A DNA stretch of 64,000 bases, from the NCBI GenBank assembly GCA_010093705.1, contig MU006098.1:417981-481980 (forward strand), read 5' to 3'. The stretch is from Patellaria atrata CBS 101060 (Eukaryota). The notes beneath the pieces are model-generated. The model was not told the DNA's origin. It worked only from the letters and a program-made list of their open reading frames with translations, and ran no database searches. Positions 59,742 through 64,000 of the stretch are shown in pieces; within the stretch, counting starts at the first letter, position 1; each line of letters opens with the position of its first letter. Both the position numbers and the translations under genes were made by a program.

Positions 59742-60541
59742 GGTAGTCGACTTTTCCAGTGTTGTACTTGTGATGATTTAGTTAACTTATACCTTGGTAC
59801 CTTGAATTTTCGCTATGAGTACAAGTGGTAATGTTACATTAGAGTAATACCCCGTTACCTACAGAGTACACATTACGTTAGCGTATGCAATTATATGACG
59901 ACAGAATGATCTACAGTAACTCACGGCTCGAAAAATTGGGTATTTCTGATCTCATCGGTCGTCTTATCGTCATTCCACTATTACGGAGGGCTTATAGTAA
60001 TGACATTATCAGACATCACTTGTTAATTTGGTGCATACAGCCAACGGAGTGTTGTTGAACCTATCACCTGGTATCTCTGCCCGCGTATATGTCGCAATAA
60101 TTCCTGGCACCTAGGATACTCTTTTTTCCCCCGAAAATACGTAGAATTGTTGTTAGTATGGGTGTGAAATGGACAATGATATCGACCAATTTGAAGAGGA
60201 GAACGGACCTAGACATAAGAGTGTGATTGCCCTATCCCACTTATCTTCCCGTCATCCCTCTTTCCATTCGCCCCTTCATTAATCCCCATTCAGGAAGACT
60301 GTGCGTACTGTACTGACGGTGGTCATGTAAGGCATTTAATCACTGTGGTCAACGTTATGGCCTCCTGTGTAATGATCTCACATCGTCTTGGACGAGTAAC
60401 AACAAGCCCACTCCAGTGAAGGAAAGTTCATCTGCAACAGAGTTCTTTCAAAAGGTAGAACTAGTAGAGTTCCTTATAGTAAATCGGACTGTTCGTAAGG
60501 GTAATGGAGTGTATCATATAAAGTACATATCCTCAAACCAC

Positions 60542-62582
60542 TCACGTTTCACTACCCGTAGCTATTTCACTAGTATTAGAGACGCTCTCTGCAGTCTCCG
60601 GTCGGTTATCTCCCTCATTCGCAGATGGTGTTGCGACAACGCCAGCGGGCGGATTAGGGTGACCGAACGGAGCCCCGTCTTCCTCAGCATCGATCTGCAT
60701 AAGATACGTTTCCCATATTTCGATCAACTGTGTTGCGTTAGCATGCCGTCGGGCTAGATGACTTAATTTTTGTCACATGCCTCTTTCTGTGCCTCCACAG
60801 CGCTCTCAAGGTACGTCTCAACTCCAGACTTAAAGTCCTCGACCTTCTCCCTCTCGAAACGGTCGAGTTCAGATCGCATCAAACGGCCCATATCTTCGAA
60901 TAAAAGTCTTGCTTGATGTACTCTTCTTTCAGCATCCGACACATCTGCACTGAGCTGGTTTAATCTATCTTGTTGACTTCTACCTTGTCGTAGTAGCTTA
61001 TCTTGCGTAGCTTTCCGCTTCTGTAGTTCCGATTCTGCTGCGTGCCACGAATGGTATGCTTTTTGACGTTGCTGGAAGGCCATCTTCACGCTTCCAATCA
61101 AACGGATATATTCGTCGAGAACGATCCCAAGCGTTAGGACGTCCTGCTGAGCTTGTCTCTCGTAGAGTTCGCGAATCCGCAATTGAACTTCAGAAAGGCC
61201 ATCCAGAGGCCCGGAGAGGGAGGGCGAAAGTTCTACAACAGCGAGAGCGTGCAACGACGCAGAGAAGTCCCCACATGCTTCAGCTAAGCCCTTGCGCTGT
61301 GCGACCACCGTGTCGGTAGCTTTTAGGAGCGCCTTAAGCTGCGTTTCGAGTGCATCCAGGTAGACTTTTCGATCATGAAACCACTGTCATATTTAATCAG
61401 TACAGGGTCGTTAGCGAATAGGGGTAGAACATGGATATACGTCATCATGTTCGATGAATTTTCCACCACTCCCGACGGAAATTCCTATCGAGCCAAACAT
61501 GCCCTTACTTTCAACTAAGCCGGGATCTTTCCGTTCTTTATGTTTAATATCAACTGTGAATGCCTCACTCTCGAGGAATAATTTTAGGTCACCATCATGT
61601 TGTAGGATTGGATGTGCTGCAGCTTTATTCAACATTCTTTCACATGCCTGCCGGCGCGATTCCACGAACTCTGCATCGAACCGACCAACTGCTTGCTTCT
61701 CAGGAGGTGGAGGAACAACTACTCCAGGATTGTTGTTATGCAGTTGATTATAGAGCCATAAAAAATCGCGATAACGGCGCGATACTGTGAATTCGGATTT
61801 ACGGTAAGCTTTTGATGTGGTCTGAAGCAGGATTGTCAGTGTATCTTTTACAAGTCTCAGTATATCTCCACCACTACCTTTGTAGTTACTTGGTACACTG
61901 TGTGTGAGCTTGTCAGGTCGCCAACTTTGTGCGGATCCCCAACAGTAACCTGGAACGTTGGTTTCGCTGCTTGTTCAACGCTCATGCTTGGTTGGGTTTG
62001 CCTTTTCGGAACATCGTTAGACGGTGGTTGGACTGGCGGTGGTATTCTGGGTCCCATAGATCGTTCCGCCTCTTCATCATCGTCTAAGCTGGCCGATTCC
62101 ATCAGTCCTCGTAATGAGGATTGCGATGTCGTCGCGGGAGTTCGGGAGACCTTAACGGGCTCTTTTTGAGGAGGTGCTGGGGGAGCATCGGCTTGAGGAG
62201 GTGTGGAGTCATCCCGTAAAGGATCCAGAGGACCAAGAGAGTCTGATACTGCTTCTAAGCGAGTAGGTTGTGCTCCGTAACGCTTGATGATTCTCGTTCC
62301 TCTTCCGGCGGGGGATTTAGGAGCAGTAGATACCGACGGGGTAGTTGGAGGTTTCGACGAGTCTATACAGTGAGTCAGCTGCAATCGGATACTATGGGCA
62401 TTAAGACGTGATCCTCACCTGAGGTATTCTCAGTTCTTTCTTCAGTGGTTGCCTTGGTCGAAGTCTGATTGGGGCCGGACTGTGAAGGGACATCTATATT
62501 TGGACGGTAAGTGATCTTGCCGAGAAGAAAATAACAGTGACTTACCGCCCCAGGGCGAACTTCCTTCATCCCCAAGATCCAT
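60542..62582 (-). CDS. VPS5: Retromer sorting nexin Vps5 (PX-BAR); exons 62582-62546, 62493-62419, 62362-61878, 61821-61441, 61383-60781, 60727-60542
   Basis: PX domain VGDPHKVGDLTSSHTVYQV, RRYRDFLWLY and PPPPEKQAVGRF. BAR domain LDEYIRLIGSVKMAFQQR, ELDRFEREKVEDFKSGVETYLESAVEAQKE|LIEIWETY. Confidence 0.94.
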
Positions 62583-63837
62583 TGTGATTTGGTTCCAAAG
62601 ATTGAATATAAATACTCCAACGTATAACGGGTTGGAATCGAAGTCGAGCAATGTTTTACCGAATTTTAACCGTGCCACGAACCTTAGGTTGTCCCCTCAG
62701 TCTCTCGATAACTATGTACATCAACCAGTTGAACTAACAGATGGACTTAAATACCTCATCGTCATGCTAGATTCCAGGAGCTCTCTCAAGGATAAATCCA
62801 AGATCGGGGCGCTTACCGACGAATCCCCTCCTCGTCGGATTTGACCACCGAACCGAATGAACGCGCTCAGTCACGACCTTACAAGCCGGTCTCTACGTCG
62901 ACGTAAAAGCGTATCGTAGGTATAGATGGCACAAAACGGCAGGGCAAAGCAGACAGTTACCACGAAGCCTACACGTGCCAGCACGCCACCTTATACTGGC
63001 ACTGTTAGATCCCGGCCGATGGAGAAATGGAGGATGACTAAATCTCCTCTCGGCTTCCGTTTGATAGAGGCTCACCATTAGACACTCTACACTCTTCGGA
63101 TGCTCAAACCCTGGGTCGGCTGGTCGCGAGCTATCTAACATTCAGATAGAATGTATAAGAGTGACCTTCCCTCCAGCTGTTGGGCTAATCGAGCTTTCAA
63201 CAGAGCAAGAGCAGCGATAGAGCATACTGGGACGGAGTTCCCACATGGTGTTGCTTTCTCGCCTCTTCCAGATCGAGAGCACAGGTGGTGAGATAAGAAC
63301 AACTATTACTTAGAACAATCGATTATTATTGCTTGTCACTATGAATGGAACTAAAACATAACCTCTGTTCTGATACCATCCCATTTGATGACCTTTCCCC
63401 TTATTGCTGTCATCTTCATTTTCATCCCCTTCCATAATTCCTCATACCTCATCACGCTTGTCAGCATCTGAACTTCTCTTCCAACCCCTATTCTCCCCTA
63501 CCATATAATCTCATCTAACCTGTTCCGACTGCACTATACAATAAAGACTAAAGCACACAGGGAACAGGAAATCGTACAATTAGTTTCACAGTGCAGACCG
63601 TGAGATCTTCTCTATACTTCGGACCACACATTTCGCAGATTTAGCGAACGACAGAGGCGCAGGATGCAAATTAAGGGAGGTAGTATATGCGTCTGAGAAT
63701 CCACTATTACTATTATCTTTATTCTAGTTTTTCTCAAGGACAAGAACAACCCTCCTGACATTGCCACTACATACACTCACAGAAGACTATTTCCTACGTA
63801 AGGGAATGCCAACATCACGCTTCATATCTAAGATACT

Positions 63838-64000
63838 CTACCCATCAACCTCCTCACAACCTCCACTTCCCAAACAAACAACCCTCAAATCATCCACGGC
63901 CTCTCCCAGCCAAATCCCATACCCACTCTCCCCTGCATCCGTGAAAGCCCTCCAATCTTGCACAGTAGTATCCCAAACACTAACTGCCTTCCTACTCACC
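63838..64000 (-). CDS. Possible 3' end of a gene running off the window
   Basis: Open frame from the window edge, VSRKAVSVWDTTVQDWRAFTDAGESGYGIWLGEAVDDLRVVCLGSGGCEEVDG-TAG. It has the G-rich sense composition seen at other gene ends here; no family recognised. Confidence 0.3.
   Translation of the reverse strand, partial: VSRKAVSVWDTTVQDWRAFTDAGESGYGIWLGEAVDDLRVVCLGSGGCEEVDG

Noticed and set aside
43000..60400. Starship or other giant mobile element carrying the accessory genes
   Set aside because: No tyrosine-recombinase captain, transposase, terminal repeats or target-site duplication could be seen. Mobility is unsupported from this window alone.
62584..63520. Short ORFs upstream of VPS5
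   Set aside because: No family motifs and frequent stops in all frames, so they cannot be supported as genes.
1..64000. tRNA, rRNA or snRNA genes
   Set aside because: No cloverleaf with A/B boxes or rRNA-like sequence was recognised by eye. A tRNAscan-SE/Infernal run would be needed to exclude them.

Overview
Eukaryotic, intron-rich DNA from a filamentous ascomycete (Pezizomycotina; probably Eurotiomycetes, which is an inference from gene style). Introns are mostly 45-70 nt with GT...CTRAC...YAG signals. Positions 1-43 kb and 60.5-62.6 kb carry conserved genes: separase (5'-truncated), a DCAF8-like WD40 protein ending in a CaaX box, the Yta7/ATAD2 AAA ATPase, the mitochondrial Asp/Glu carrier AGC1, a three-finger C2H2 factor, a PTH11-like membrane protein, xylulokinase, an MMT1/2-type cation transporter, DPM2, CWC22, a conserved hypothetical protein and VPS5. 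Between the hypothetical gene and VPS5 lies a ~17 kb block without housekeeping genes (about 43-60 kb). It encodes a small secreted six-Cys beta/gamma-crystallin-like protein (three exons, absent from the ORF track), a protein with an NleG/U-box-like motif, a 1272-aa PARP6/8/16-type ADP-ribosyltransferase, a coiled-coil protein with a GrpE-like C-terminus, an intact 10-exon atypical (HSPA12-like) Hsp70, and a divergent coiled-coil protein. This block is the best candidate for an undescribed system, possibly a conflict/immunity or proteostasis cassette. All splice models and family assignments were made by eye; no searches were run.
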